The notes under the pieces were generated by a model. That model searched no databases and was not told the origin of the DNA. It saw only the letters and a list, made by a program, of their open reading frames with translations. From NCBI GenBank assembly GCA_963665115.1, contig OY762007.1:3680001-3744000 (forward strand): a stretch of 64,000 nt of DNA, read 5' to 3'. Of this stretch, positions 34,496-45,044 are shown in pieces (the stretch's first letter is position 1; each line of letters starts with the position of its first letter). Origin of the DNA: an uncultured Rivularia sp. Lineage in GTDB: Bacteria > Cyanobacteriota > Cyanobacteriia > Cyanobacteriales > Nostocaceae. The position numbers and the translations under genes were made by a program.

Positions 34496-34676
34496 TTCAT
34501 ATTTTGCACCATTTTCAAAACCGTTAGGGAATGCAATTCCCTAGCTAATAGCCTTCATTCCTCTGAAGAGGGCTATGTAAGATTTTCAGTCTACTTCAGT
34601 AGACTTGGGCTATTAGTCTCGGAATTGATTCCGAGGCGAGGGTGAAGGCATAAATGATAATGGTGCAAGAAGTTAA
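34496..34676. mobile_element. MITE-like element, TTGCACCA...TGGTGCAAGA family
   Basis: Terminal inverted repeat shared with 41084-41206 and 44767-44836; the internal segment resembles 24421-24480. Confidence 0.6.
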
Positions 34677-34921
34677 TATTACCGAAAAAATTCGTTTGAA
34701 TTATATTCTGTAGCCTTGCATTTCTGCAACTGGATTATTACGAAACATTTTCACCTTCATGTCTTAAATATATATACAGAAAAGTGCAATTAAATAGTGA
34801 TATGGTGCGTTAGGTCAAACCCATAACACACCCTACTCGTAAATTAGGCAAAATTTATATTTATTAATAATTAAGGTTAGTGAGATTTTGATTATTTAAA
34901 CAATATTGACTAACGATATTT

Positions 34922-35581
34922 TTACTTTTTACTACTCATACCTGTTTCTAAAACTTTCACCAAATCATCAAAAATCTTTTCAACTACCTGCATATCAATG
35001 TCCAAAGGTTCTTGTTTAGCTAACTTTTGGGGATCGATATTCAATTGCCCAAGAATAAATTTTCCTAACTCATTACCTAACAAAGTGCTGACAACGAATG
35101 CTGCTAAATCAGGGGAAATATTGCTGTTGATATCTCCTTGAGCTATCCCTTGATTAACTAATTCTTTTACATATTCTAATGAAATCTCTTGAGTACGTTT
35201 AACAGCTTCATCGCGAAACGGTAAATTGCCATATACAGCCCCGTTAATGATCCGGCTAATTTTGGGATGTGCTAAATCAAACTGAGCGCTTGCTCCAAGC
35301 AACCAGCGTAAATAACGGAAAAACCCTTGCTGTAATTCTGGTGGATCTGTACTGCGTAAAAAAGCAATCCTTTCCTGACTCGCTAATTCAACAAGATGCA
35401 AATAAAGGTCTTTTTTGTCCTGAAAATATTGATAAAAGCTACCTTTAGCAATCTTCGCATCCGCAACAATCCGGGAAATCGACGCGCTGTTATAGTCATA
35501 AGTTGCAAATTCGGCGATCGCAACTTCAGTCAGTTTTTTCCTTTTGTTCTCCGGCAGGTTAAAGAAGGTTTGATTCGGCAT
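34922..35581 (-). CDS. TetR/AcrR family transcriptional regulator
   Basis: MPNQTFFNLPENKR...SISRIVADAKIAKGSFYQYFQDKKDL HTH. Confidence 0.95.
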   Translation of the reverse strand: MPNQTFFNLPENKRKKLTEVAIAEFATYDYNSASISRIVADAKIAKGSFYQYFQDKKDLYLHLVELASQERIAFLRSTDPPELQQGFFRYLRWLLGASAQFDLAHPKISRIINGAVYGNLPFRDEAVKRTQEISLEYVKELVNQGIAQGDINSNISPDLAAFVVSTLLGNELGKFILGQLNIDPQKLAKQEPLDIDMQVVEKIFDDLVKVLETGMSSKK

Positions 35582-35611
35582 AACGGCGGCAATTCAACTC
35601 TTTTATCTATA

Positions 35612-35672
35612 GTGACTATTTAGTCATGTGACCTTTTAGTCACTATATTGGTAAATGCCTCATACTGTCAAC
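35612..35672 (-). promoter_or_regulatory. tetR promoter (TTGACA-N18-TATAGT) plus two tandem TGAC-N6-GTCA operators
   Basis: GTGACTATTTAGTCAT GTGACCTTTTAGTCAC overlapping the -10/+1 region. Confidence 0.75.
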
Positions 35673-35820
35673 CATTCTTGAGATAGAGAACGCTTTATGT
35701 AGTTAATCTTTCTTAGGATGGGAGGAGGGGGTAGAGGGGGAGAAGAATTATTCATTTACTACTTACTCCTAACTCTTCCAATTACCAATTACCAATTCTC
35801 AATGCCCAATGCCTAATTAC

Positions 35821-37566
35821 TTAATTCAAAGTGCGCTCATAAATCACATTGCCTTGAGCATCGTAAACAGTAAGGGGGACATCGGCGTTATCGCTGATTG
35901 CTTCTAAAGCTTGCTGTAAGGTTTGCAAGTGATTATTTACGCCATCAATAATACTAGTATCTCTTTGAGTGCTGGCTTCTATTAAACTATCTTGCAGGCT
36001 TTGCTCGTAGGCGGGACTTATCCGCACGGTAATTCCTTGACTACCCATGATGTAAGTACAAACGGGAATTTCGTCGGAACAGGTTCGCTCTAAATCGGAA
36101 CGGGTTTTTTGTATTCGGGTGGCAACTCGTAATTTTTCTCGCGCTTGTTGGAGAGATACAGTTGCTGGTGCAATTAATTTCTCAGCTTCGACGCTATAAA
36201 GACTGCTAGTAGCAATTTGTCTGGCCGAACTTAATGCTGTTTGCCAATTTCCAACTGCTGCCGTCCACTGGTTTTGTCGTTCGTAACGTTTGGCAAGGGA
36301 TACGGCGTTGACTGCTTGTCTATAGGTTTTGGCTGCCATCAATTCTCTTGTGTTGCGATTCTTTACTGCTAATAATCGGGGTTTATATTCGGATATCAGT
36401 TTTTGTGCGTCGGAATATGCCGGACTTTTGGCAGGAATCGAGATTAATGCATTTACAGCTACTTGCCAAGTTGCTTCAACTTTTTGCCAGTTTTCTAAAG
36501 TGTTGGCGGTTGCTTGTCGTTTTTCGGCGACGATAGCCACAGCTTTAGCTGAAGTGATTCTTCTTGTATATTTATCTTCTTTCTGCAATAGAGCATTGAC
36601 TGCTTGTAAGCTAGCACGGTAGCTGGCAATTTTTTCTTGTGCTAATTGGTAAAGTTCGCGATCGCGATCGATTGCTTCTAAAGGTGAAATTGCTTGTCGC
36701 CACAATCGTCGTCTATCTTGTAATTGTTTTAAGTTTAAGGCAGGAGTTTTGCTTTTTTGCTCGGCTATCTGGGCTGCTTGAAAAGCTGTAAATACCTGCT
36801 GAATTTCTTCTGACTTTTGGGACAAGCTGAGAGAAAGTTGTTGCGATTGTTGGGAATAAGGGGATAAACCGGGAATTTGACGTAAATTTATTCTTGCTAA
36901 ATCAATTTTACGTTGTAATCGAGCTAAATCTTGGTCTGAGTTGATTTGATCGACTAATTCTCCATAAGAACTATTTAGATACTGTGCGGTTTTTAGTTGA
37001 TTGCACTTGGTTATCAAACAAGGGCGAGTTGCAACGTATGCACCACCTAAAGTTGCTGAAACTATTACCCCAATAACAGCAAGCACCATTAGTTTGATAT
37101 TAAAACTTGCTGGCTTTGGTTGTGGATTATCAGGTAAACCAGGTATTTCAACCAGATTAGATGAATCCGAATCAACTTCCGAAATCGGCGAATAAGTCAA
37201 AGCTGAAGAATCGGGTACAGAAAAATCCTCCTCTACTTGCTTGATATTTTCACCATCGTAGTGTTTTTCCAGAGTTAAGGAACGTTTAGCGTAAGGAAGC
37301 TTGACTCCAACTACTCGTAAGAAAATATCTATTTTTTCTTGTTGGTACTCGCGGGAATTATTAGAAAGCGCTTCTTTAAGAACTGTAAAAATATTTTCGG
37401 TATCGACTGCCACACCCTGGGGGTGCTGAGCTAAAATCATTAGCTGGTAATTTTTTACAGCACACCGAACCTCAAAAAATTCTCCAGATGGAACGTCTGC
37501 ACGCAAGTGTTCCTGCAAATTATTCGCTAAAAGTTGTAAATTATCCGCACGAGTCGCTACTGTCAT
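35821..37566 (-). CDS. Hypothetical membrane-anchored protein with helical W-xx-A repeats
   Basis: 581-aa ORF, single TM (LMVLAVIGVIVSATLGG), TRPC motif, repeated WQxAxxxLxxIP helices. Confidence 0.75.
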   Translation of the reverse strand: MTVATRADNLQLLANNLQEHLRADVPSGEFFEVRCAVKNYQLMILAQHPQGVAVDTENIFTVLKEALSNNSREYQQEKIDIFLRVVGVKLPYAKRSLTLEKHYDGENIKQVEEDFSVPDSSALTYSPISEVDSDSSNLVEIPGLPDNPQPKPASFNIKLMVLAVIGVIVSATLGGAYVATRPCLITKCNQLKTAQYLNSSYGELVDQINSDQDLARLQRKIDLARINLRQIPGLSPYSQQSQQLSLSLSQKSEEIQQVFTAFQAAQIAEQKSKTPALNLKQLQDRRRLWRQAISPLEAIDRDRELYQLAQEKIASYRASLQAVNALLQKEDKYTRRITSAKAVAIVAEKRQATANTLENWQKVEATWQVAVNALISIPAKSPAYSDAQKLISEYKPRLLAVKNRNTRELMAAKTYRQAVNAVSLAKRYERQNQWTAAVGNWQTALSSARQIATSSLYSVEAEKLIAPATVSLQQAREKLRVATRIQKTRSDLERTCSDEIPVCTYIMGSQGITVRISPAYEQSLQDSLIEASTQRDTSIIDGVNNHLQTLQQALEAISDNADVPLTVYDAQGNVIYERTLN

Positions 37567-38275
37567 AAAGCCCTGTTCCGTTCCGTATATTTTCAGAGAT
37601 TAAAGTATATTCAAGTGAGCCAAACTAATTTTTGATTAACTAGTTACAATATAAAATCCGAACGTACATTTTTTTAACACAACAAATGAGTTTTTACAAA
37701 AAGTCTCAATCTGCAAGTAAATTTATATTTATAAGTAATTCTAAGCATAACGACCTCGATTTTGATTGCAGGGTAAATACGTAATTATCTAATTTTTGTC
37801 GAAAATTATTAACCTGATAATTTTTTTTCTATGGATATGATAATTTTTGGCTCAATAGTGGGAAACATAAGATTTTTAACGTATCGCGATCGCAGCATAA
37901 ATTGTTTCAAAATTAACTAATAACTAGCAGAAGCAATTGAATTTATTCTCGATTGTTTACCTCTGTTTTTTAGGGGTGTTCACCGAAATACTTTGTACAT
38001 CAGATGTATCGCCACTCGGTAGCGGAAATTGCTGAGAATAAAAAGTGTAAGCATTTTTACTGATAATATGAATTACCTCATATAAAGTAATAAGATCGGA
38101 GAATGGCTTTTTTATTTACCACTACTACGCTATTGGATAAAATTAGTAACAGAAAATAACTGGTTTTTAACAGCTTGTTTTTAACGGCTTTAAATCGAAG
38201 ATTGATTATTAAGGTGCTTGCTAGATGTTTTAGACAGCACCGCAGTAATCCTCCACAAGTTGCAACAAAAGGTGT

Positions 38276-39508
38276 GTGTCAATGGAATTATTAGAGTATC
38301 AAGTAAAAGAATGGTTTGGAAAAATAGGTATTCCTGTATTACCTTCCCAAACAATTGACCATCCCACCGACTTAAAACGTTTGAAAATCAAGTACCCAAT
38401 TGTTTTGAAGTCTCAAATTTACGGAGGAGGACGCGCAAAAGTCGGTGGTGTAAGGTTTGTAGAAACCACAATCGATGCGATCGCCACCGCGCAAAATATT
38501 TTTAATCAGGCGATTTATGGGGAACTACCCGAAGTGTTGCTGGCAGAAACAAAATATAACATTGAGCAAGAGTTATATTTAGCTATTGTTTTAGATACTG
38601 CTGTATGTCGTCCGATTTTGCTGGGTTGCAATGAAGCGGATATCGATTGGGAAGAAGCTGGGGAGAAAATGCAGCACGTTGTGGTAGAGGAACAATTTTC
38701 TCCTTTTTACGCTCGGAGACTGGCCTTAAAGATGGGTTTGCAAGGTGCCTTGATGCAGTCTGTAAGCAAGGTGATCGAAAATATGTACCGATTATTTGTA
38801 GAGAAAGACCTGGATTTGGTAGAGATTAATCCATTGGGGGTAAATTCTTCGGGACAGGTAATGGCTTTGAATGGAAACGTCAGTATCAATGAAAGAGCAG
38901 TTCTTCGTCATCAAGAGATTGCTGTAATTGCTCGCAAAATAGTTAGCCGTAACATATCGAAAGATACAAATGGCAAATTAGGCAAATGGGATGGGATAGA
39001 AATGAATGGTAGGATAGGCGTTTTGGGAAACGGCGCTGGTTCCGTCATGGCGACTTTAGACTTGGTTGTAAGCAATGGTGGCAAACCTGGAGTATGCCTT
39101 AATTTGCGACACGCATTTCTAACCGATACTACGCCAACTACTTTTAATACTCGTTTTGAAAAAGCTTTACAAATTTTAGCTGCCGATCGAAGTATTCAAG
39201 TGATACTGATTAACTTTTTGGGTAGTATTCCTCAAGCAGGAGAGGTTGCAGAGGTAATTGGAAACTTTATTCAAGAGCAATCGGGTTCTAGTTCGGAAGA
39301 GTTTGTTTCAAATAGTACTAGAAATCGTCGGGGAGGCTTTTCTACTCCTAGATTAGTTATTCGTTTGGCTGGTTCCGATTTAGATACAGCTAAAAAATAC
39401 CTATCAGATTTAGAAAATTTTGGAGATAATTCTATATTGCTAGTAGAAAGTTTAGATGAGGCAGTCGCACAAGCAGTTAAGTTGACAAAAACTAAGACTA
39501 AAAAATAA
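38276..39508 (+). CDS. sucC: Succinyl-CoA synthetase beta subunit-like
   Basis: LLEYQVKE, KSQ..GGRAKVGGV, VEINPL and NGAG motifs; divergent from canonical SucC. Confidence 0.85.
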   Translation: MSMELLEYQVKEWFGKIGIPVLPSQTIDHPTDLKRLKIKYPIVLKSQIYGGGRAKVGGVRFVETTIDAIATAQNIFNQAIYGELPEVLLAETKYNIEQELYLAIVLDTAVCRPILLGCNEADIDWEEAGEKMQHVVVEEQFSPFYARRLALKMGLQGALMQSVSKVIENMYRLFVEKDLDLVEINPLGVNSSGQVMALNGNVSINERAVLRHQEIAVIARKIVSRNISKDTNGKLGKWDGIEMNGRIGVLGNGAGSVMATLDLVVSNGGKPGVCLNLRHAFLTDTTPTTFNTRFEKALQILAADRSIQVILINFLGSIPQAGEVAEVIGNFIQEQSGSSSEEFVSNSTRNRRGGFSTPRLVIRLAGSDLDTAKKYLSDLENFGDNSILLVESLDEAVAQAVKLTKTKTKK

Positions 39509-40143
39509 TAACAATATCATAAAAACAGGTGTTTTTTATATATTGAAGTATATTGGTCTAAAAGTTTATTCTTTTTAACATCAGCGGCCTTCTTTAATCG
39601 TTACCGAAGTCCATTTAGCAAGGTATGATTTTTGTAGGCATAAATAATTCTTTGCTTATTTATATAAGCAGAGAATAAATACAATGGGCTTTATGTTTAA
39701 TCGCAAATTGATCGAGCGATAAAGCTAAATTTATTAATTTGTAAGTAACTAAAATCGCACTTGTAACCGAAAACTTTTATGACATAAATCCTTAGAGATG
39801 CTTCCTCCAAGAACAACCCAAAAGCTTTCTTAAATATGTTCTCACACAGAAGCTGAATGTTGACACGGTTAGCTTAAAGCTTGGTAATACTCACTCAAAG
39901 ATAAAACTTTGAATACTTAACTGTAAAAATAGAAGTTTAATCTCTCGACCATTTTATCTTAACCTATATGTTCTTTTTCTTTTTTTGAAAATTTCAGTTT
40001 GCTTTTATCTCAACTTATTTGCGATACGCTTTCACGAACTGTTCTCTGAAAGGTAGAGCGTATGACAAATTAGATAAAACCGTGTTTTCGTTTTTATTAA
40101 TGACTTCAAAGGCTAAGTCCTCCTTAAAATTTTATGCTTTTTT

Positions 40144-41025
40144 ATGAATTTAACGCCAGATAGTAAAGTAATCGTTCAAGGCTTCAGCGAGTTTATTTCA
40201 GAAACTCACATTTCTCAAATGAAAGCATACGGTACAAACTTAATTGCAGGAGTTGAACCGGGATGTGGGGGAAGCAAGCAGTATGGTTTGCCAGTATTTG
40301 ATTTAGTTGAAGAAGTAGTAAAGAAATTCGGGGTTATCCATACCACAATAATTTGCGTGCATCCTTATCAAGTATTAGATGCAGCATTGGAAGCAATGGG
40401 TTCTGGTATAGGTCAAATTATTATCATCTCTCCTGGAGTACCCCCATTAGACATGGTAAATTTATTTCGCCGTGCCGAAGCCGAAGAAACTATTATCGTA
40501 GGGCCAAATAGCCCAGGGATTATTGTACCGGGGAAAATTTTGTTAGGTACTCATCCAAGCGAATTTTATCAACCGGGAGAGGTAGGAATAGTTAGTCGCA
40601 GCACTACATTAACCTATGAAATTGCTTGGGAATTAACACAAGTTGGTTTGGGGCAATCAATTAGTGTAAGCATTGGTAGTGATGGAATTGTGGGTTCTTC
40701 GTTTATCCAGTGGCTGCAAATTTTGGATGAAGACGAAAATACTCAAGCCATAGTTTTAGTTGGGCAACCTGGTGGAGGGCGTGAAGAAGCCGCAGCAGGC
40801 TATATATCCGAGATGATTGATAAACCAGTGATTGCTTACATTGCTGGAGTACACGCTCCACCAGCAAAACATTGGCGACAAACAGGTACATTAGCAGCAG
40901 TGATCGGACGAGATCCAGAGTTTGGGACTGCAAAAAGTAAACTAGAAGCTTTTAAGGAAGCGAAAATACCTGTAGCGCAACGCCCTTCTCAAGTTGCAGA
41001 ATTAGTTAAGAAGGTGCTGCATTGA
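40144..41025 (+). CDS. sucD: Succinyl-CoA synthetase alpha subunit-like
   Basis: YGTNLIAGV, IVGPNSPGII, SRSTTLTYE and GLGQS motifs; the GHAG phospho-His loop is not conserved. Confidence 0.85.
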   Translation: MNLTPDSKVIVQGFSEFISETHISQMKAYGTNLIAGVEPGCGGSKQYGLPVFDLVEEVVKKFGVIHTTIICVHPYQVLDAALEAMGSGIGQIIIISPGVPPLDMVNLFRRAEAEETIIVGPNSPGIIVPGKILLGTHPSEFYQPGEVGIVSRSTTLTYEIAWELTQVGLGQSISVSIGSDGIVGSSFIQWLQILDEDENTQAIVLVGQPGGGREEAAAGYISEMIDKPVIAYIAGVHAPPAKHWRQTGTLAAVIGRDPEFGTAKSKLEAFKEAKIPVAQRPSQVAELVKKVLH

Positions 41026-41083
41026 GAGTTAGGAGTGGGAGTAGGGAGTAGGGAGTTAGGAGTAACTCCTAAATTTTGTTTTA

Positions 41084-41206
41084 CTCACATCTTGCACCAG
41101 TTTCCGCAAACCCGGTTTCTTTTTGTGAAAACATGAATATTTCGTTATGAAATCAACAAGAAACCGGGTTTCTTTGGGCTTCTTGAGAATGGTGCAAGAT
41201 ATCAGG
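41084..41206. mobile_element. MITE-like element ATCTTGCACCA...TGGTGCAAGAT with AAACCCGGTTTC/GAAACCGGGTTT cargo
   Basis: 11-bp perfect terminal inverted repeat with a nested inverted repeat. Confidence 0.65.
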
Positions 41207-41250
41207 TTTTATAAAATTTAGCTGCACATCAACTGATTAATTGCTGCTCA

Positions 41251-42948
41251 CTACTTACTGTTTGCAAATAGTGCTTTAGTTGCAGATTCACCTGCCGATT
41301 TAACTTGCTTTACTAAATACCAATTCAACAGTGCTGCAATAGCTAATTGGCAAAGGAATACAGGAAAAACTGTGCTAACAGTAGAATGCTTTATACCGTA
41401 CCAAAAACCACTTGTAAATAACCATAAGAGGTTGCTTATATTATCTTCCCTTGATGCATAAACATTTAGAATCGATAAAATAAACACCGGTATAATTATT
41501 GCTGCACCAGTTGTTCCCATTGCCCATAAATTACGTTTTGAGTTTTTCAACATCAACATAATTTGAGCAGTTGTAGCGTAAATTATTGTCGAACTGATAA
41601 ACAATAACACGCCCAAACATCCAATAATTTGGTAGTTATCCTTGAAAACATTCGTCTCTACATTCAGAATCAGAACAAAAAAGGCGCTTGCAGCAATTAA
41701 TAAGTTGATGGCAATTGCTAAAATAGCCGGACTTTTTTCACCTGCAATCAATTCTGAAAGCAAAGATTTATTAACTGAATCGGCACTATTTGCAACTTTC
41801 TGATACCTAAACCTTGCCCAATCTTGTACGGCTTGTCTGGGAGGTAAAATGATTGCGAATAATCCGATAAACAGTAACAAATTCCATGCGTATAAACCTT
41901 GAACGATACGAAATAAACTGTGTCTACCTGTATAATTCTCTGACAGCAAAAATCCTGAAATAATTATTTCAAAATTTGTGACAATCAAGTAACTTTGCTG
42001 TTTGCTGAAAATAGTAGCATTAGGATTACGAAAACAACGTTTTAATCCTTGCCAAGCCCAATAAGTCCAAATAGCATAATTTAACAAATGTATTGCTACC
42101 AGAGCCACAATATTTTTTCCTAAAGGCAAACTAAAAAACTTTAATTTTTCTAGTTCTGGAATACCTTTATAGAATAAATTAGGAAATAAATAATCTGTTA
42201 TGCTCAGGGGACTAAATAATCGAAAAAAGGCAGTACTCTCTTCATATTGACTGCTCTGATTCATTGCTACTGTAATCATTAAAAACAGCAAAACTAAACC
42301 GCTGGCTAGCCAAGGTTTAAAACCACTAAGCGCCGAGCCACCAAATATACCGAATAGCAGAGCAATACTATAAAAGCAAATACAGCTAGCAGTAAGTATT
42401 AAGTAGAAGCATGAGATATGGCTCAAAGCAATATTTGCCAATTTTCCAGTAACAACATGAAAAGGAATTGCTGCAAGAACTACCAGATAAATTAAAACTG
42501 GAACTCCGATCAGTTTTCCGGTAAAAATACTTATTTCCGATTGCGGGCTAAGACGAATAAAATTCAGCGTACCTCGACGTTCTTCTTGCGATAAATCGTT
42601 AACTATTAAATAAGTTCCTGCTACTAACAGTGTAAAAATTAAAATTACACTAAGAGATAGAAACATATATTCCCAATGATCTCGCCACCACAATTGCATA
42701 TCAATTTGATCTGTAGGGCAATATCTCAACTCTGGATTTAATTTTCTTAAATTTCTTACCTTGCAATATTTACTGTAAGTTCTAAAATTATCACCAGGAA
42801 ATTCTCGCAACTGATATAGAAATATGACCAATTGAGTAGCTAGAGATGTAGCTAAAGCAATAAGAACTGGAAACGGTTTTAAACGACCTTTTAATTCCCT
42901 GAAAAGTTGTGGATTCCAATCACCAATTTTATCAATGTAACTAAGCAT
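41251..42948 (-). CDS. Large multi-pass membrane protein (cyanobacterial ABC-2 permease-like)
   Basis: WNPQLFRELKGRL and DLSQEERRGTLNFIRLSPQS...GKLIGVP motifs; many TM segments. Confidence 0.8.
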   Translation of the reverse strand: MLSYIDKIGDWNPQLFRELKGRLKPFPVLIALATSLATQLVIFLYQLREFPGDNFRTYSKYCKVRNLRKLNPELRYCPTDQIDMQLWWRDHWEYMFLSLSVILIFTLLVAGTYLIVNDLSQEERRGTLNFIRLSPQSEISIFTGKLIGVPVLIYLVVLAAIPFHVVTGKLANIALSHISCFYLILTASCICFYSIALLFGIFGGSALSGFKPWLASGLVLLFLMITVAMNQSSQYEESTAFFRLFSPLSITDYLFPNLFYKGIPELEKLKFFSLPLGKNIVALVAIHLLNYAIWTYWAWQGLKRCFRNPNATIFSKQQSYLIVTNFEIIISGFLLSENYTGRHSLFRIVQGLYAWNLLLFIGLFAIILPPRQAVQDWARFRYQKVANSADSVNKSLLSELIAGEKSPAILAIAINLLIAASAFFVLILNVETNVFKDNYQIIGCLGVLLFISSTIIYATTAQIMLMLKNSKRNLWAMGTTGAAIIIPVFILSILNVYASREDNISNLLWLFTSGFWYGIKHSTVSTVFPVFLCQLAIAALLNWYLVKQVKSAGESATKALFANSK

Positions 42949-43006
42949 GATAGTTGTTAGTTGTTAATTGTTAGGAGTTATAACTCTAAACCTTTGACTT
43001 TAAAAC

Positions 43007-43187
43007 CTAAGATGTTTGTTTCTTACCAAGTTTAAGGAAAGGGTTCTTCTGCTGCTGCTAACATCCGGATCGGTAATGTTTTCCCAGCACCGTTTGGCTT
43101 GATGAGTCCCCGTCGGTATTCACCTCCACCTATTTCTAAATCAACCTTATATAACTCACTGCTACGAATGGCTAATTTTTTTACCAT
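43007..43187 (-). pseudogene. Internally deleted ABC ATPase remnant
   Basis: Manual translation MVKKLAIRS...VDLEIGGGE..GLIKPNGAGKTLPIRMLAAAEEP (Walker A) is fused directly to an out-of-frame FLKLG...QTS* C-terminus. Confidence 0.7.
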
Positions 43188-43421
43188 TATTCTGGAAGTC
43201 AGGCTGACATTTTCGTATAACCCAGATTCCGCACCCTACAACTTCGATCCGAATAGTTTCGGATATTAATACGTATCCTTAACAAAACTTGATATTTTAT
43301 TTGATTAATATAGTAAGAAGGTTCTACGTGCCGCGATTTGTTACTCGATCTAAAGACAGGCATTCCAGTCAGATTTGGTTTGCTATGATAACAAAAATAT
43401 TAATCAAGCATTTATCAGTTA

Positions 43422-43514
43422 TAGGAGTTACGCAGCAATAACGGAAAATATAGTGTTTCAGACATCTCAGATCCCCCCAACCCCCCTTTTAAAGGGGGGC
43501 TTGCGTAAGTCCTA
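43422..43514. mobile_element. MITE-like element TAGGA[G/C]TTACGCA...TGCGTAAGTCCTA
   Basis: TA-flanked inverted termini, also seen at 53929-54081; cargo CCCCCCTTTTAAAGGGGGG palindrome. Confidence 0.65.
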
Positions 43515-43608
43515 AGTTATTGTCCCCAGTCTCAGGATCAATACTGTATTTTGAAGTATGTTATTTACATAGAAACAAGTGAATCTACCATAAACCAGAA
43601 AGAAGCCC

Positions 43609-44529
43609 GTGAAAAACGAAGCTAACGAATCGGCTGAGACAGTAAATCAAAGCTCGGAATCCAACCAAGCAGAAATTCAGCAGCAAAGTATTCGAGACAA
43701 AATAATCGATGAAGTTGTCAAAGGTGGAAATCCTGGCAGTCTAAATTTAATCTTCGCCGATTTAAAGGAAGCACAGTTAATTGGTGTCAATCTTAACCAA
43801 ATGTATTTAAGTGGTGTTGAATTAAACAATGCAAATTTAACAGGTGCCCAATTGATAGAAGTTGATTTAAGCGAAGCGGATTTAAGCGATGCAAGATTAG
43901 TAGATGCTCAATTAGTAGGCGCTAATCTTAATAGCATAAAATTAATTGGAGCTAATCTTAATAATGCTAATTTACAAGATAGCAATCTTAGTACTGCTAA
44001 GCTGAATAATGCTTGCTTAATCGGTGCAAATTTAATTGGTGCAAATTTAAGCGGTGCCCAATTACTCAATGCCAATTTGAATAATACTCAACTTAATAAA
44101 ATTTATTTATGGAATGCTAACCTTAATAATGCTCAGTTAGCCAATGCTGACTTAACTGGTGCCTATATGAATAATGTCAAACTTAATAGTGCTAACTTGA
44201 CTCGTGCGATTATCAAAGATGCTCAACTTGCTGAAGCCAAGTTGAAAAACGCTAATTTAGAATGGGTTGATTTGAGCGGTGCCCAATTAGATAACGCTAA
44301 CTTGAGAAATGCTAACTTAAGCGGAGCTAGTTTAGAAAACGCTAACTTATTAAATGCAAATTTTGAAGAAACTATTCTGTATAACACAGACTTTAGAAAA
44401 GCGAACTTAACCAATACCAACTTTATTAATGCAAAAGTTACAAATGCTCGCTTTGGTTGGAATCTAGGCATTAGCGAAGATGTCAAACTTTATTTAAAGC
44501 GACTAGGAGCAATTTTTGATGATGAGTAA
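43609..44529 (+). CDS. Pentapeptide-repeat protein
   Basis: Long A(N/Q)Lxx array; C-terminal NLGISE...LKRLGAIF cap. Confidence 0.92.
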   Translation: MKNEANESAETVNQSSESNQAEIQQQSIRDKIIDEVVKGGNPGSLNLIFADLKEAQLIGVNLNQMYLSGVELNNANLTGAQLIEVDLSEADLSDARLVDAQLVGANLNSIKLIGANLNNANLQDSNLSTAKLNNACLIGANLIGANLSGAQLLNANLNNTQLNKIYLWNANLNNAQLANADLTGAYMNNVKLNSANLTRAIIKDAQLAEAKLKNANLEWVDLSGAQLDNANLRNANLSGASLENANLLNANFEETILYNTDFRKANLTNTNFINAKVTNARFGWNLGISEDVKLYLKRLGAIFDDE

Positions 44530-44540
44530 TTATCTCTCTT

Positions 44541-44720
44541 CTAAGAAACTAAAGTAATCAAGTGAGAAAAAGCTTCTGTTGCATCTGCTATCGCTTTAGT
44601 TTGAAATACAAATTCGCTATAGTCAGCCAAATTATCCAACCCAACCAGATTTAACATTACTTCTGTCGTTGCCCACGCAGAAGTTTCAACAAATAGTTTG
44701 CGCCATCGTACTTTTTTCAT
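44541..44720 (-). CDS. 59-aa small hypothetical protein (MKKVRWRKLFVETSAWATTEVMLNLVGLDNLADYSEFVFQTK...)
   Basis: Manual translation; GAGG RBS. I recognise the WxxxExxLNxxGLDxLADYSEF pattern from small cyanobacterial hypotheticals. Confidence 0.75.
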   Translation of the reverse strand: MKKVRWRKLFVETSAWATTEVMLNLVGLDNLADYSEFVFQTKAIADATEAFSHLITLVS

Positions 44721-45044
44721 GTTCGTTTCCTCATCTCAAATATCATTTACAAAGAAATTGATTAATCTTGCATCTTGCATCGGTGTCAGAAACCGGGTTT
44801 CTAAAGGCTCGTTGAGAATAGTGCAAGATATCAGTTAATTAAATTTTATATCTTTGTTAAAAAATGTAAATGATTTTGATAGTCGATTACAATACCTCAA
44901 CTGGATAAGTGAGGTAGTGATTTTACTTCTGAAAGAGATGGCAATCACCAATTGACGAATATTGCACTTAGTCTAGAAGGCTGGTGCTACAAAAACAAAG
45001 CCCGTCTGCACGGGCTAGAAATTGATTGTAAAACCTGGTAACTG

